Numbered from the stretch's first letter, positions 9,197 through 18,541 are shown. The stretch: 31,435 nt of DNA from a bacterium (GCA_040752695.1 JBFMGO010000074.1:1-31435); one strand, 5' to 3'. Notes: generated by a model not told the origin, from the letters alone. Numbers and translations are program-made.

Positions 9197-9694
9197 TTAA
9201 GATGCTGAATCCCCCATTTTCGAGGTTTTATTTTTTTTAATACTCACGATAACATGTAAAACAATGAGTAAAGATATTACGATACCTTTCCCCCACCAGC
9301 TTTCCAGCATTGGGAATGCAGTTGTGCTTTTTGAGGTGCTTACTTCATTGGAATAGATACTTTCACGTCGAAAGGTATCATAAGCAGTAACTACAAAGAA
9401 GTAGATTTTATTATCGCGGAGCTTATGGAGGGTAAAAGAGGTAACGTTGCCCACATCTATCGGTGAATTCCCTTCTCTTGCTCCGACTCCCTGATAGGGT
9501 GGACCGGAAGAATCTGTTTTGTAATAAAGATAATAACCTATACAATCAGACTCCGTATCGGCATCCCAAGTCAAAGTAACATCAAAAGCATGACCAGGAT
9601 CTACCAAACAGGAAATACCTATTACAGAACAAAAAAAAACTAGCGAGGTAAAAAGCACTGCATTCCAAAGAACTTTAATGAAACTATGAAACAA
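9197..9694 (-). CDS. Exported fibronectin type III domain protein with a C-terminal membrane anchor resembling IPTL-CTERM
   Basis: Signal peptide ending PGHA; VTLTWD...GYYLYY...YFFVVTAYD...ESIYSNEV; AFPMLESWWG + TM + KKNK; TTG start with AAGGA upstream. Confidence 0.82.
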   Translation of the reverse strand: MFHSFIKVLWNAVLFTSLVFFCSVIGISCLVDPGHAFDVTLTWDADTESDCIGYYLYYKTDSSGPPYQGVGAREGNSPIDVGNVTSFTLHKLRDNKIYFFVVTAYDTFRRESIYSNEVSTSKSTTAFPMLESWWGKGIVISLLIVLHVIVSIKKNKTSKMGDSAS

Positions 9695-9745
9695 AACGTA
9701 ATCCTTATACTCATCCCCCCTTATTCATTATGTATTTAAACTAAA

Positions 9746-9850
9746 TCGCTCTTATATTAGGAGCCATCACATCTTTTCTTTGTCATTCCCGCGCAGGCGG
9801 GAATGACGGGATTTGAAGCCTTTGGTGTGTTATCTTATAAATATGAGCGA
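9746..9850. mobile_element. MITE-like element copy 1 with internal palindrome GTCATTCCCGCGCAGGCGGGAATGAC
   Basis: Terminal IR tcgctcttat...atatgagcga; shares gccatcacatc, cattcccgcg and cttataaatatgagcg blocks with the copy at 10337. Confidence 0.65.
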
Positions 9851-9960
9851 ACTAAATTTAAGTTCATTTCATATTTTATAAAATATAGATCGTGCACAAT
9901 TCGACTCTTCCCAACAATGCTTTCCTATGCCCGGCTCAAGTCCGGTTTCTTCCCCTTGAG

Positions 9961-10006
9961 ATGAGGCAGCCTGCCAGTACTGCTATCGGTATGAGGCAGC
10001 CTGCCA
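9961..10006 (+). repeat. 16-bp direct repeat ATGAGGCAGCCTGCCA x2 (30-bp period)
   Basis: Identical copies at 9961-9976 and 9991-10006. Confidence 0.8.
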
Positions 10007-10336
10007 ATCCCATTGTTGTATGTAGTATTGAGGTATACTCGTATAAGTCGCGGGAATTATGCAGCCAGTCTGCGGAATTTTTACCATGGAATTCTGTTTT
10101 GAATAGGTTCATCATTTCACATTTAACGTTTTGTTATTGATTTTCTTAGCTTATTGCTCTTATATTACCTTACACATTTTTCGTTAACTTTGTCAAGCTT
10201 TTCTTGGCTCCTTTGTATTTTGCCGGAGATTTCTCACCGTATGAGGTCAAACCAGATCGGTTCGACTACGGTATCCCACGAAAATACAGCAGCGCTTCGT
10301 CTTCCCTCCCATGCCGCCGGAATTCCTTTTTTATAT

Positions 10337-10445
10337 TCGCTCATATACCTTAGCCATCACATCCCTTTTTTACCATTCCCGCGAAGGCGGGTATGGCGGT
10401 ATTGATTGCATTTTATCAAGTTTGTTGCCTTATAAATATGAGCGT
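10337..10445. mobile_element. MITE-like element copy 2
   Basis: tcgctcatat...atatgagcg ends; internal cattcccgcgaaggcgggtatg palindrome. Confidence 0.65.
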
Positions 10446-10636
10446 TTATATTTAATCACGAGGAGAAAATTTATGTTTATCAATCGTGAAGATACCGGGA
10501 ATATGAACGGTTGGTTTAACAGCAACTTTTGCTATCAACAATTACCAATCGTATATGTACACTTTCACCATCGACCGGTCGGCAGTTAATTAATAACCAT
10601 CTGTTTTTAAAGATGTTTTTCAGATTTCTCATCTCC

Positions 10637-10652
10637 TGGCACATTTATTGCT
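10637..10652 (+). promoter_or_regulatory. Sigma54 (-24/-12) promoter
   Basis: TGGCAC-ATTTA-TTGCT, consensus match in an intergenic region upstream of small ORFs with SDs. Confidence 0.8.
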
Positions 10653-10730
10653 TTTTAACATGATCAAAAGGAGGTTATCAAGATCAGGATCATCAAGATT
10701 GTAAAAACATTGCCAGGGAGGTAAATGACA

Positions 10731-10838
10731 ATGATCCAGAAACTGCGAAGCTTGGAACTCTATGAAAAGGTTGTTTTGGTTTTCTGTACTTCATTTTGTA
10801 TGCTTATATTATCTCTTATCATCAAACAGGGCATTTAA
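10731..10838 (+). CDS. 35-aa single-TM small protein MIQKLRSLELYEKVVLVFCTSFCMLILSLIIKQGI
   Basis: SD GGAGGT 8 nt upstream; downstream of the sigma54 promoter; below the ORF-track size cutoff. Confidence 0.5.
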   Translation: MIQKLRSLELYEKVVLVFCTSFCMLILSLIIKQGI

Positions 10839-10906
10839 AGGATCTTATAGAAGATATGAAATATCCATTTTTACCTTACAGCCGTGAATTACAGGGGGGA
10901 GACACT

Positions 10907-11083
10907 GTGAGTTATGAAAAGAAAGGAAGAATCTCAGATATAGATGCCGGGGAATGGAATACTTCGGAATCACTGAAAGCGAAATTCATGAGGCTTGGGG
11001 ATAAGTTGAGAAAGATGGATGAACTTATTGAAAACCTTCAGTGCAGGCTATGTCAAAGCAATGGGGAATTTGATGAACATTGA
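10907..11083 (+). CDS. 58-aa hypothetical coiled-coil protein (GTG start)
   Basis: SD GGGGGAG upstream of GTG; heptad LKAKFMRLGDKLRKMDELIENLQ; 3' part of track ORF 10796..11083. Confidence 0.5.
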   Translation: MSYEKKGRISDIDAGEWNTSESLKAKFMRLGDKLRKMDELIENLQCRLCQSNGEFDEH

Positions 11084-11614
11084 AGTACCCATGTCAGAAG
11101 GCCAAAATGAAGAACGTTAACTTCAAGAGTACAACACATTAGTTCTCCTCTTTTTTCAACCTGCCCCCAATTCCCTCAAGAAGTGGTCTGTCTCAATTCG
11201 AAGTCAATCTTCAGGTGTAGAGTTTGATTTCGTTGCGAGTCAGATCAGCTCAACTTATTACACAGATCATCGAGAGAAGGATTTACCTTGCTTACACACA
11301 CCGTTGTGCTTATCCGCGCTCTTTGCTTTCATATGATCTCTCCGCATCCATAGTAAATTCTTCCGAAGTCTGTATAATCTGTGCAATCTGTGTATTTCCT
11401 GTGATCCCGGCGATCTGTCTGAAGTCTGTAACCCCTTATGATGTCTATGATCCCCCGTGTGCTCCCTGTAATGAACTTTTAAATTAACTAGGCCAGGAGA
11501 AGAGCATAGGGAATAACATTGGGCATTAAGCAGGGAATTACATAATGCAAAGGGTAACCCTTGCAAGTACCCCTTCATTCAACGTTCCTTGCGCATTACC
11601 CCTCACATCCCACA

Positions 11615-11641
11615 AGGGGCAGGAATAATGTTCCTGCCCCT
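11615..11641. repeat. REP-like GC-rich palindrome
   Basis: AGGGGCAGGAA-TAATG-TTCCTGCCCCT, perfect 11-bp stem. Confidence 0.6.
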
Positions 11642-11766
11642 CCTATAGGGTGCCTGAATGTCTGAATAGCCGAAGTATAAGCCTGCCCGGATCAGGGATT
11701 AAAATTTTATTCGAAGAGGAAGTGGAGAGGTGGAGAAGATAGCATCGAGATTTTTCGAAAATCGAC

Positions 11767-11811
11767 TCGACTCCCTGATAAAGTCCCTGATGAATTTTAT
11801 CAGGGAGTCGA
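11767..11811 (-). terminator. 16-bp inverted repeat just downstream of the tRNA (terminator or miniature element)
   Basis: TCGACTCCCTGATAAA ... TTTATCAGGGAGTCGA. Confidence 0.55.
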
Positions 11812-11815
11812 AAAG

Positions 11816-11892
11816 TGGCGCGCCCAGAGGGATTCGAACCCCCGACCTACGGATCCGTAGTCCGTCGCTCTATCCATCTGAGCCATGGGCGC
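11816..11892 (-). tRNA. tRNA-Arg (ACG)
   Basis: GCGCCCATGGCTCAGATGGATAGAGCGACGGACT-ACG-GATCCGTAGGTCGGGGGTTCGAATCCCTCTGGGCGCGCCA; 77 nt, cloverleaf, encoded CCA. Confidence 0.98.
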
Positions 11893-12099
11893 ATTATTCT
11901 ACTTTATTCGACTTTTTACCTTATCCAGGGAATGTGTCCATTAGATGTTTATAATAACTTATTAAACTGTACATTAAATACTGTGGCCAGACAGGGTCAT
12001 CCACCGTGCTGCTTATTGCCTGTCCAGGCAGCATGAACCAGCCGCGTAATCACCGCAATGCGTATTTATAGCGATTCCCACTTGAGTGAACTACCGCTT

Positions 12100-12132
12100 G
12101 AAGGGGAACAGATTTGAAATCTGTTCCCCTTC
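12100..12132. repeat. REP-like perfect palindrome GAAGGGGAACAGATTT-G-AAATCTGTTCCCCTTC
   Basis: 16-bp perfect inverted repeat. Confidence 0.75.
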
Positions 12133-12161
12133 TGTAGAATACCCAAAAGGGAATTGCTATA

Positions 12162-13032
12162 AAGCCCATCCCAAAACTATGAGTCGAAAGACGATGAGAG
12201 CAGTGGCTAAAAGCCAGAGTGCTCAGTAATTGCAAGCTTTTTTCTCCCAGCGGGTACGTAGCTTTCGCATATTATTGAGCCAGGAGATGATTCTTTCTAC
12301 CTTCCAGCGGCGTGGAGGGTGGTGCACTTCACTAATACCTGTAGCAGGAGTTTTTTCCCACTGCGTTTGGTATGGAGAATGTAGCCTTGAGCCTGTAAGA
12401 ACTCATCAGTCTCTGGAGCATCATAGGCTTTATCAATGCATAGACGCTGGAGCCTATCTCGTGTCAATAGTGACCTAGCTGTCAGAAATCCCTCACCGAT
12501 CAATTCGGGGATGCCTTTCATATCGTGTCGGTTGGCAGCAATGAGGTGGAAGGCCAAAGGAGTCCTCTTGCCATCGATCAAAAGGTGTCGCTTGGTTCCT
12601 ATCTTGCTCTGATCAAGTCTGGTTATGCCCTGTTTCTTCACCTCCCAGGGAGAGCGGGAGCCAGTTTGGTATCGATAGATTGCCACTCCCAATCGATGCC
12701 CCTGCCCTATCATACCAGGCTAGCATTTTCTCCACACACCATTGAGCATTCTGCGCGAGGGAATCGCATGGCGCCCAAGGATACCAGGCTCTTTTTCTCC
12801 TAAAGGTCGCTTCTGGATTTCTTTCCAATTCGCATCAAGGACTTCCCATATCGTTGGAAGTTGCTTCTCCTGTAACTTTTGGTTATAATATTGTTGGTAC
12901 ATCCGTTTATTTACTTTCATTTCATTTACTTATATGCCTAAAATGAAAGTATAAACGATGTGCCTCTTCCTTCTCCCTTTATTTTTATCTCTCGGCCCTA
13001 CATTCGCCATTTTGGGGTGTTGGGATAGCCTC
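12162..13032 (-). mobile_element. Decayed IS5-family insertion sequence (~870 bp)
   Basis: Imperfect terminal IRs aagcccatcccaaaac / gaggctatcccaacac (reverse complement); internal transposase fragments. Confidence 0.8.
12180..12920 (-). pseudogene. IS5-family transposase pseudogene (several frameshifts and a stop)
   Basis: Fragments GRHAIPSRR, IDWEWQSID, KIGTKRHLLIDGKRTPLAFHLIAANRHD, LCIDKAYD, SWLNNMRKLRTRWEKKACNY* in different frames. Confidence 0.85.
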
Positions 13033-13040
13033 TTAGCTTA

Positions 13041-13134
13041 GGAACTGTAAATAAATCATCGCTCTTGCTGAGCTTTTGAGATTCGCTATTGAGCCCGGCA
13101 GTCAATAAGCAATGACTTAACATTTTACAATGCC
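13041..13134. mobile_element. 94-bp MITE with TTA target duplication
   Basis: tta|GGAACTGTAAAT...TTTTACAATGCC|tta; ends match at 9 of 12 positions as an inverted repeat. Confidence 0.55.
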
Positions 13135-13338
13135 TTAGCTAGAATACTTATATTAATAGTCAGTTTATATCATATTTGGGGACCTATGTCAATCACCATT
13201 GCAGGGCAACACAGGGCGAATGCATCTATAGCGGTTTTTACAAAGGGGAGATAAAAACCTTTATCGTAAGGGGGGAGAGGATTGGCTATCATGTACAGCC
13301 GAGGGCAGCTCCAAGCTTACACCTGCTGGATCTTCCAC

Positions 13339-13386
13339 CCCTGAATGCTAATAGCCCTGAATGCTAATAGCCCTGAACGCTAATAA
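13339..13386 (+). repeat. 16-bp tandem repeat x3 (CCCTGAATGCTAATAG)
   Basis: Two identical units plus ccctgaacgctaataa, just beyond the mutS stop. Confidence 0.85.
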
Positions 13387-13397
13387 TGAAAGGGAAG

Positions 13398-16121
13398 CTA
13401 TTCCAGGAGCTTCTGCCATCTTTTGAGGATCTTCAGCGCGTCCTGGGCCGGCAGTTTGGCGGTGTCGAGCGCGCGCAGCTCAGAGGCCACGTATTCTTCC
13501 GGAGAAGTAAAAAGGGACAGTTGCCTGCTCTTTCTTGGTGCTCCGCTGCTGCGGAGGGGAAAATCATCGGGCTGAACAGTGGCCTGGGCATTTTGCTTTT
13601 CCAGGGATTTAAGAATCTCTCCGGCCCGCTCGATGACTTCATGAGGGAGTCCTGCCAGTCTGGCCACTTGAATCCCGTAGCTTTTATCCGTGCTTCCTGC
13701 CATGATTCTGCGCAGGAAGATCACCTCGTTATTCCACTCCCGGACAGCCACACTATAATTTTGGACTTTTTCCAGAGAATCTGAAAGGCGGGTCAATTCA
13801 TGGTAATGGGTAGCGAAAAGGGTCTTAGCCCCGGTTTTTTCCAGGTACTCAGCCACTGCCCAGGCAATGCTGATCCCATCGAAGGTGCTGGTCCCCCTGC
13901 CGATTTCATCGAGGATAATCAGGCTTCGGCTGGTGGCGTTATTGAGGATATTGGCGGTCTCGTTCATTTCAACCATGAAGGTGCTCTGCCCCCTGGACAG
14001 ATTGTCGGATGCACCTACCCTCGTGAAGATCCGGTCCACCAGGCTGATGGCAGCTTCCTGGGCTGGTACGAAGCTGCCCAGATGAGCCATGAGGGTGATC
14101 AGCGCCACCTGGCGGATGTAGGTGGATTTTCCGGCCATATTGGGACCTGTGATAATCAGCAACTGGTTATTTTTACCATCAAGGTGGACGTCATTCGGCA
14201 CAAAAGCCTCATCCTTCGACAGGTGCTCTACCACCGGGTGGCGGCCCTCGATGATATGAATGGCTGATTCAGAGTTCACGACCGGTTTTACATAGTGATA
14301 GCGTTTGGCGGCTTCGGCCAGGGCAGTCAGAACGTCCAGGGTAGCCAGAGCCTTGGCGGTCTCCTGCATCCTTTTGACCTGGCCGGTGAGTCTGGCCAGA
14401 ATTTCCTGGAAGAGGGATTTTTCCATCTGTGCCATTTTTTCATGCGCAGTCAAGACCCTGGTTTCGTAATCCTTCAACTCGGCGGTAATGTACCGCTCCC
14501 CATTGGCGATGGTCTGCTTGCGGACATAGTGATCGGGTACCGACCCAAGATGAGACCGCGTTACTTCTATATAATAGCCAAACACTTTGTTATACTTGAT
14601 CTTAAGTGAAGAGATTCCGGTTTTTTGACGCTCCTCGTTCTCCATCCTGGCAATCCATGTTTTCCCCTCGAAAGCAATCTGGCGAAGCTCATCCAGCTCC
14701 GCAGAGTACCCCTCCCGGATCATGCCCACATCCTGCGAAAGGGAGGGAGGAGGGTCAGCGAGTCCTTCATCGATCCACTGGTATAGGTCCTGAAGCTCGT
14801 CACATTCCTCCTTTAGAGAAGCCACTAAAGGAGGCGGCGGGAGAGATGATGGCTCTTGGTGTAAAAAAAGGGCCTTGATCCGGGGAATAAAGGCTATCGA
14901 GCTTTTCAGAGCGATCAGGTCCTGAGCAGAAGCGGAAGAGAGGGCGATTTTGCCCGAAATCCGCTCAAGATCATACACTTTTTTAAGCAGCTCCCGAAGC
15001 TGCTGGCGCATGTTCTCATGGTCAGCCAGAAATTCAACTGCATCCAGCCGCAGGTTTATATCCTCGACTGTCAGGAGGGGATGAAGAAGCCACTGTTTGA
15101 GCATACGGCCTCCCATCGAGGTCTCGGTCAGGTCAAGAATGGCCAGCAAGGACCCGCTCTTGCGGGAATCTTTCCATGAGGCAATCAACTCAAGATGCTG
15201 CACGGTGACTGCATCGATGATCATGAAGTCATTCAGGTGATACCAGCGCAAGCGCCGCAGGTGCGAAAGGTCACGCTTTTGGGTCTTTTGCAGATACCGG
15301 ATGGCCGCAGCAGCAGAGAGTGTGGCCATCTCCTTCTCCTCGCACCCGAGACCCGAAAGCGAGTGGACCTGAAAATGCTCCTTAAGGCACTTTCCTGCAT
15401 CGCTTTTGTGATACTGGGCATCATCCCGGTATTCGATGCGGATATGGGGAATCTGTACCCAAATTTTCCGCAAAAGGTGATCCGCAGCCAATGATCTGGG
15501 GATCACCATCTCCCTCGGGGATTTGCGGAAGAGCTCGGTTTCGAGCTTCTGATACCAGTCCTCGCCCTCATACTCAGTCACCCAGAGTTCACCGGTCGAG
15601 ATATCCGCAAAGGTCAGCCCGAACCTTGAGGAATTCGAGAAGGAATGCAAGGTCAGGCTGGCCAGAAAATTATTCTCTTTTCCTTCCAGGAGATTCGAAT
15701 CTATGATGGTCCCAGGGGTAACCACTCTGGTCACCTCCCGCTGGACAATCCCCTTGGCTTTTTTGGGATCTTCCACCTGATCGCAGATGGCTACCGTATA
15801 ACCTTCCCGAATCAGCCGGGCAACATACCCTTCCGCTGCATGATAGGGCACGCCGCAAAGGGGCGTGGCATTCTCTTTGTTTTTGTCCCTGCTCGTCAGG
15901 GTAATTTGAAGTATCCGGGAGGCAATTACAGCGTCTTCTCCGAACATTTCGTAAAAGTCACCCAGCCGGAAAAAAAGAATCGCGTCGCTGTATTCCCGTT
16001 TGATGCGGCTGTATTGCAGCATCATAGGGGTAAGGGCGGCCTCCTCGGATGCGGAAAGGGAAGCCGCAGCGGGCTGCTCATTATGTTGTTCATTTGCATA
16101 AGGTTTTAAATCTTCGGTCAT
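13398..16121 (-). CDS. mutS: DNA mismatch repair protein MutS
   Basis: TPMMLQY, FRLGDFYEMF, GPNMAGKSTY, STFMVEM, LDEIGRGTST, ATHYHEL, SYGIQVARLAGLP; clamp-binding QLSLF. Confidence 0.99.
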   Translation of the reverse strand: MTEDLKPYANEQHNEQPAAASLSASEEAALTPMMLQYSRIKREYSDAILFFRLGDFYEMFGEDAVIASRILQITLTSRDKNKENATPLCGVPYHAAEGYVARLIREGYTVAICDQVEDPKKAKGIVQREVTRVVTPGTIIDSNLLEGKENNFLASLTLHSFSNSSRFGLTFADISTGELWVTEYEGEDWYQKLETELFRKSPREMVIPRSLAADHLLRKIWVQIPHIRIEYRDDAQYHKSDAGKCLKEHFQVHSLSGLGCEEKEMATLSAAAAIRYLQKTQKRDLSHLRRLRWYHLNDFMIIDAVTVQHLELIASWKDSRKSGSLLAILDLTETSMGGRMLKQWLLHPLLTVEDINLRLDAVEFLADHENMRQQLRELLKKVYDLERISGKIALSSASAQDLIALKSSIAFIPRIKALFLHQEPSSLPPPPLVASLKEECDELQDLYQWIDEGLADPPPSLSQDVGMIREGYSAELDELRQIAFEGKTWIARMENEERQKTGISSLKIKYNKVFGYYIEVTRSHLGSVPDHYVRKQTIANGERYITAELKDYETRVLTAHEKMAQMEKSLFQEILARLTGQVKRMQETAKALATLDVLTALAEAAKRYHYVKPVVNSESAIHIIEGRHPVVEHLSKDEAFVPNDVHLDGKNNQLLIITGPNMAGKSTYIRQVALITLMAHLGSFVPAQEAAISLVDRIFTRVGASDNLSRGQSTFMVEMNETANILNNATSRSLIILDEIGRGTSTFDGISIAWAVAEYLEKTGAKTLFATHYHELTRLSDSLEKVQNYSVAVREWNNEVIFLRRIMAGSTDKSYGIQVARLAGLPHEVIERAGEILKSLEKQNAQATVQPDDFPLRSSGAPRKSRQLSLFTSPEEYVASELRALDTAKLPAQDALKILKRWQKLLE

Positions 16122-16241
16122 TTTTGCTCTATATGTCAGGCATCAGTCGCGGCGCCGCCTCTTTCATTCAACATTTGCAATGACATAAGAGGAGTTTTTG
16201 ACCCGATGACTTACCTGAAAATATCTGGATTGGGCTTTGGC

Positions 16242-17411
16242 TTAGACTGGGTTGGCCACGTAGCTGTCCCATTCCTTACACTGCGGGCACTTCCACTGGA
16301 TTTGGGAGGATTGATAACCACATTTCTGGCAGGAAAAGTGCTCATTCTTATCCATAATCTGCCCTGCCAGGTACTGATATTCCTTCACTGCTTCGTCCTG
16401 GCGGTTTTCCCGGATAAGCATTTCGGCCAGCGTGGAGCGAAGCGTCAGGGATTCCGGGCAGACTTTCAGCCCTTCCCGCAGCTCGTCGATGGCCTTGGGT
16501 AAAAGCCCTTTCTTGTAATAGTAATCGGCCAGAATAGCTCTGGTCCGGGTATCCTGGGGACGGCGGCTGAGAATTTCCTGGTAGACTGATTCAATGCTTT
16601 CGAACTTGCCTTTCTGGAGATAGGCCTTTTCCAGAAGCTTATAAACGGCAAAGGAGAGTTGGTGCTGCTCTGAAGAGATAATCTTGTTGAAAATGGCAAT
16701 AGCCTTGGCTGTCTTGTCCTCTGCCAGATAGATATCGCCGAGAACCAGATAGGCTTCGGTGCAGTTTTTATCCAGGGTGATTGCTTCTTTCAACCTCTTC
16801 ATTGCCAGGGCGTAATCCTCCTGCTGATAAGCCGTTTTACCCATTTCGGTCATGATATGTGCCAACCGGGAGTAATTGCCATCGGCTTCGGAAAGTTTCT
16901 GGATCTGTTTCTCCATCTGATAAGCGTTCTCCCAGTCCTTTCCTTCCTCGTACAACTCTTCCAGCAGCTTGTAGGCTTGCAGATTATCCGGATCATGCTG
17001 CAGGACTTCCTGATAAACCTTGATGGCACGATCGATAAACCCCCCTTTTTGGTAATCCATCCCCAGGCTCATGAGGGCAGAAATCCGGAACTCCTTGTCG
17101 AGGGACGGTCGCAGAAGTATGCTCTGGTGAATCTGAATGGCCCGGCCAACTTCACCCCGCTCACAAAACAGATTCCCCAGATCCTGGTAGATTTCAATGG
17201 TATTGGAATCTACCTGCACAGCCCTGGTAAACTCGGCGATAGCCTTGTCAGGCTGGTTGGAAATGATATATTTGAGCCCTCGAATATAGGCATCCCGGTC
17301 ATCAAGGCCGGCTTTTTTCTCCGGTTTCGGCTTTTTGGTTATGGCCCGCCCCAGCCATACCCCTAAGGCCAACGAAAAAGCAGCAGTAATGTAGATAGTT
17401 ATATTTTGCAT
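16242..17411 (-). CDS. lapB: LPS assembly protein B (N-terminal TM, TPRs, rubredoxin-like Zn ribbon)
   Basis: YIRGLKYIISNQPDKAI, GEVGRAIQIHQ, CQKCGY...WKCPQCKEWDS; downstream of a lapA-like gene. Confidence 0.92.
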   Translation of the reverse strand: MQNITIYITAAFSLALGVWLGRAITKKPKPEKKAGLDDRDAYIRGLKYIISNQPDKAIAEFTRAVQVDSNTIEIYQDLGNLFCERGEVGRAIQIHQSILLRPSLDKEFRISALMSLGMDYQKGGFIDRAIKVYQEVLQHDPDNLQAYKLLEELYEEGKDWENAYQMEKQIQKLSEADGNYSRLAHIMTEMGKTAYQQEDYALAMKRLKEAITLDKNCTEAYLVLGDIYLAEDKTAKAIAIFNKIISSEQHQLSFAVYKLLEKAYLQKGKFESIESVYQEILSRRPQDTRTRAILADYYYKKGLLPKAIDELREGLKVCPESLTLRSTLAEMLIRENRQDEAVKEYQYLAGQIMDKNEHFSCQKCGYQSSQIQWKCPQCKEWDSYVANPV

Positions 17412-17436
17412 TTTCCCTTTGCCTCAAGTATCCCTT

Positions 17437-17760
17437 TCAATCGATCCGTTCTATGGCTTTTTCATCGGTAATCGGTAAATTCCGCAGCGAATTCAGCTCC
17501 TTCTCCATCTGGACAATTCTCTTATGCTCTCCCCTCAAGGCCCTTCTCAAGTGAAAGTTTTTTATAAACGAGGGGATGCTCACCAAGAGGGCACCAAGAA
17601 GAACATTGCCCAGGAACAGGAGAACCAGTGGAATTTCCTTGGTCTTATACCTGTGATACTGAATCTCATAGCCTTGTTCGATAATCCATCTGTTTTGCAT
17701 AACAAAGTCAACACTTAAGACGATAATGATCATAATCAGTAATGTTTTTATAACGGTCAT
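17437..17760 (-). CDS. lapA: LPS assembly protein A (LapA family)
   Basis: Two TMs with FVMQN, coiled tail EKELNSLRNLP; upstream of lapB. Confidence 0.85.
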   Translation of the reverse strand: MTVIKTLLIMIIIVLSVDFVMQNRWIIEQGYEIQYHRYKTKEIPLVLLFLGNVLLGALLVSIPSFIKNFHLRRALRGEHKRIVQMEKELNSLRNLPITDEKAIERID

Positions 17761-17785
17761 TACTTTTTCTCTCCCATCCTCAAAT

Positions 17786-18262
17786 TTATGAAAAGAACGG
17801 CTTCAGGATTTCAAAAGTAGTGTCAAGATGCTGAGGCAGCACCTTGGTCTCTGCTAATACCGGCATAAAATTCGTGTCCCCACACCAGCGGGGAACAATA
17901 TGAATATGGAGATGATCGGCAATTCCAGCTCCAGCAACAGACCCTATATTCATGCCAACATTATATCCATCAGCCTTCATAGCCTCTTTTAAAGAAAAAA
18001 GACCCTTTTGTACCAACATCATGAGCTGCGCGGCCTCTTCACAAGACAAGTCTTCCAAACTGGCCACATGCCGATACGGAGCAATCATAAGGTGCCCGTT
18101 ATTGTAAGGAAAAATATTCATAATGACAAATCCAAGGGTGCCGCGATATAAAATGTAATTTTTTTTATCTTCCTTCTCTTGCACCTTTTCACAAAATATA
18201 CAACCACTCTTCTTGTCGGAAAGAATATATTGCATTCTCCACGGAGCCCAGATTTTTTCCAT
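17786..18262 (-). CDS. HIT-family nucleotide hydrolase/phosphorylase
   Basis: WAPWRMQYI, CIFC, FPYNNGHLM, HLHIHIVPRW.GD.NFMP. Confidence 0.95.
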   Translation of the reverse strand: MEKIWAPWRMQYILSDKKSGCIFCEKVQEKEDKKNYILYRGTLGFVIMNIFPYNNGHLMIAPYRHVASLEDLSCEEAAQLMMLVQKGLFSLKEAMKADGYNVGMNIGSVAGAGIADHLHIHIVPRWCGDTNFMPVLAETKVLPQHLDTTFEILKPFFS

Positions 18263-18300
18263 AATTATCCCCTCTCCTAATTGTATAATAAGCGCTCTCC

Positions 18301-18329
18301 ATTTTAATTGATTTTGCCTTTCTTGTCAA
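18301..18329 (-). promoter_or_regulatory. Sigma70-type promoter for the HIT-lapA-lapB(-mutS) run
   Basis: Minus strand TTGACA-N17-TAAAAT. Confidence 0.7.
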
Positions 18330-18524
18330 ATAATTACAAACTTTAATCAGGGACATGTTTTTCTGAACTCAAGAGGCATGTTTTTCCTGAGCTTTTCATC
18401 TGACTGGCGGACAAAAAAACAGAAGTATAAATAGTACAACGAGACATTATCCAAGCTCTCGCAGAAAGGCAACTTTTCAGGTAAGGCAAAAAGGGCAACG
18501 TTCTGAAACTCTCGCAGTACTAAA

Positions 18525-18541
18525 CTTTCGCTCAGAATGAC
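18525..18541 (+). repeat. REP-like half-site CTTTCGCTCAGAATGAC
   Basis: Identical 17-mer at 25020-25036; both copies intergenic. Confidence 0.55.

Noticed and set aside
9892..10405. ORFs 9892..10140 and 10154..10405
   Set aside because: No SD, atypical composition, overlap with repeats and MITE sequence
11490..11760. Possible RNase P, 6S or SRP RNA
   Set aside because: Hairpins are present but I could not find the conserved signature motifs
9186..11816. Genomic island integrated at tRNA-Arg
   Set aside because: No integrase and no duplicated tRNA 3' end seen in the window
11730..12036. ORFs 11730..11954 and 11815..12036
   Set aside because: They overlap the tRNA-Arg gene in antisense
12297..12920. 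Functional IS5 transposase via programmed frameshift
   Set aside because: Several frame changes plus an in-frame stop indicate decay
7771..13386. Possible CRISPR arrays (repeats at 7771, 9961, 13339)
   Set aside because: Units too short, no 25-45 nt unique spacers, no cas genes
13386..17718. Several + strand ORFs opposite mutS/lapB/lapA
   Set aside because: Antisense shadows of conserved genes
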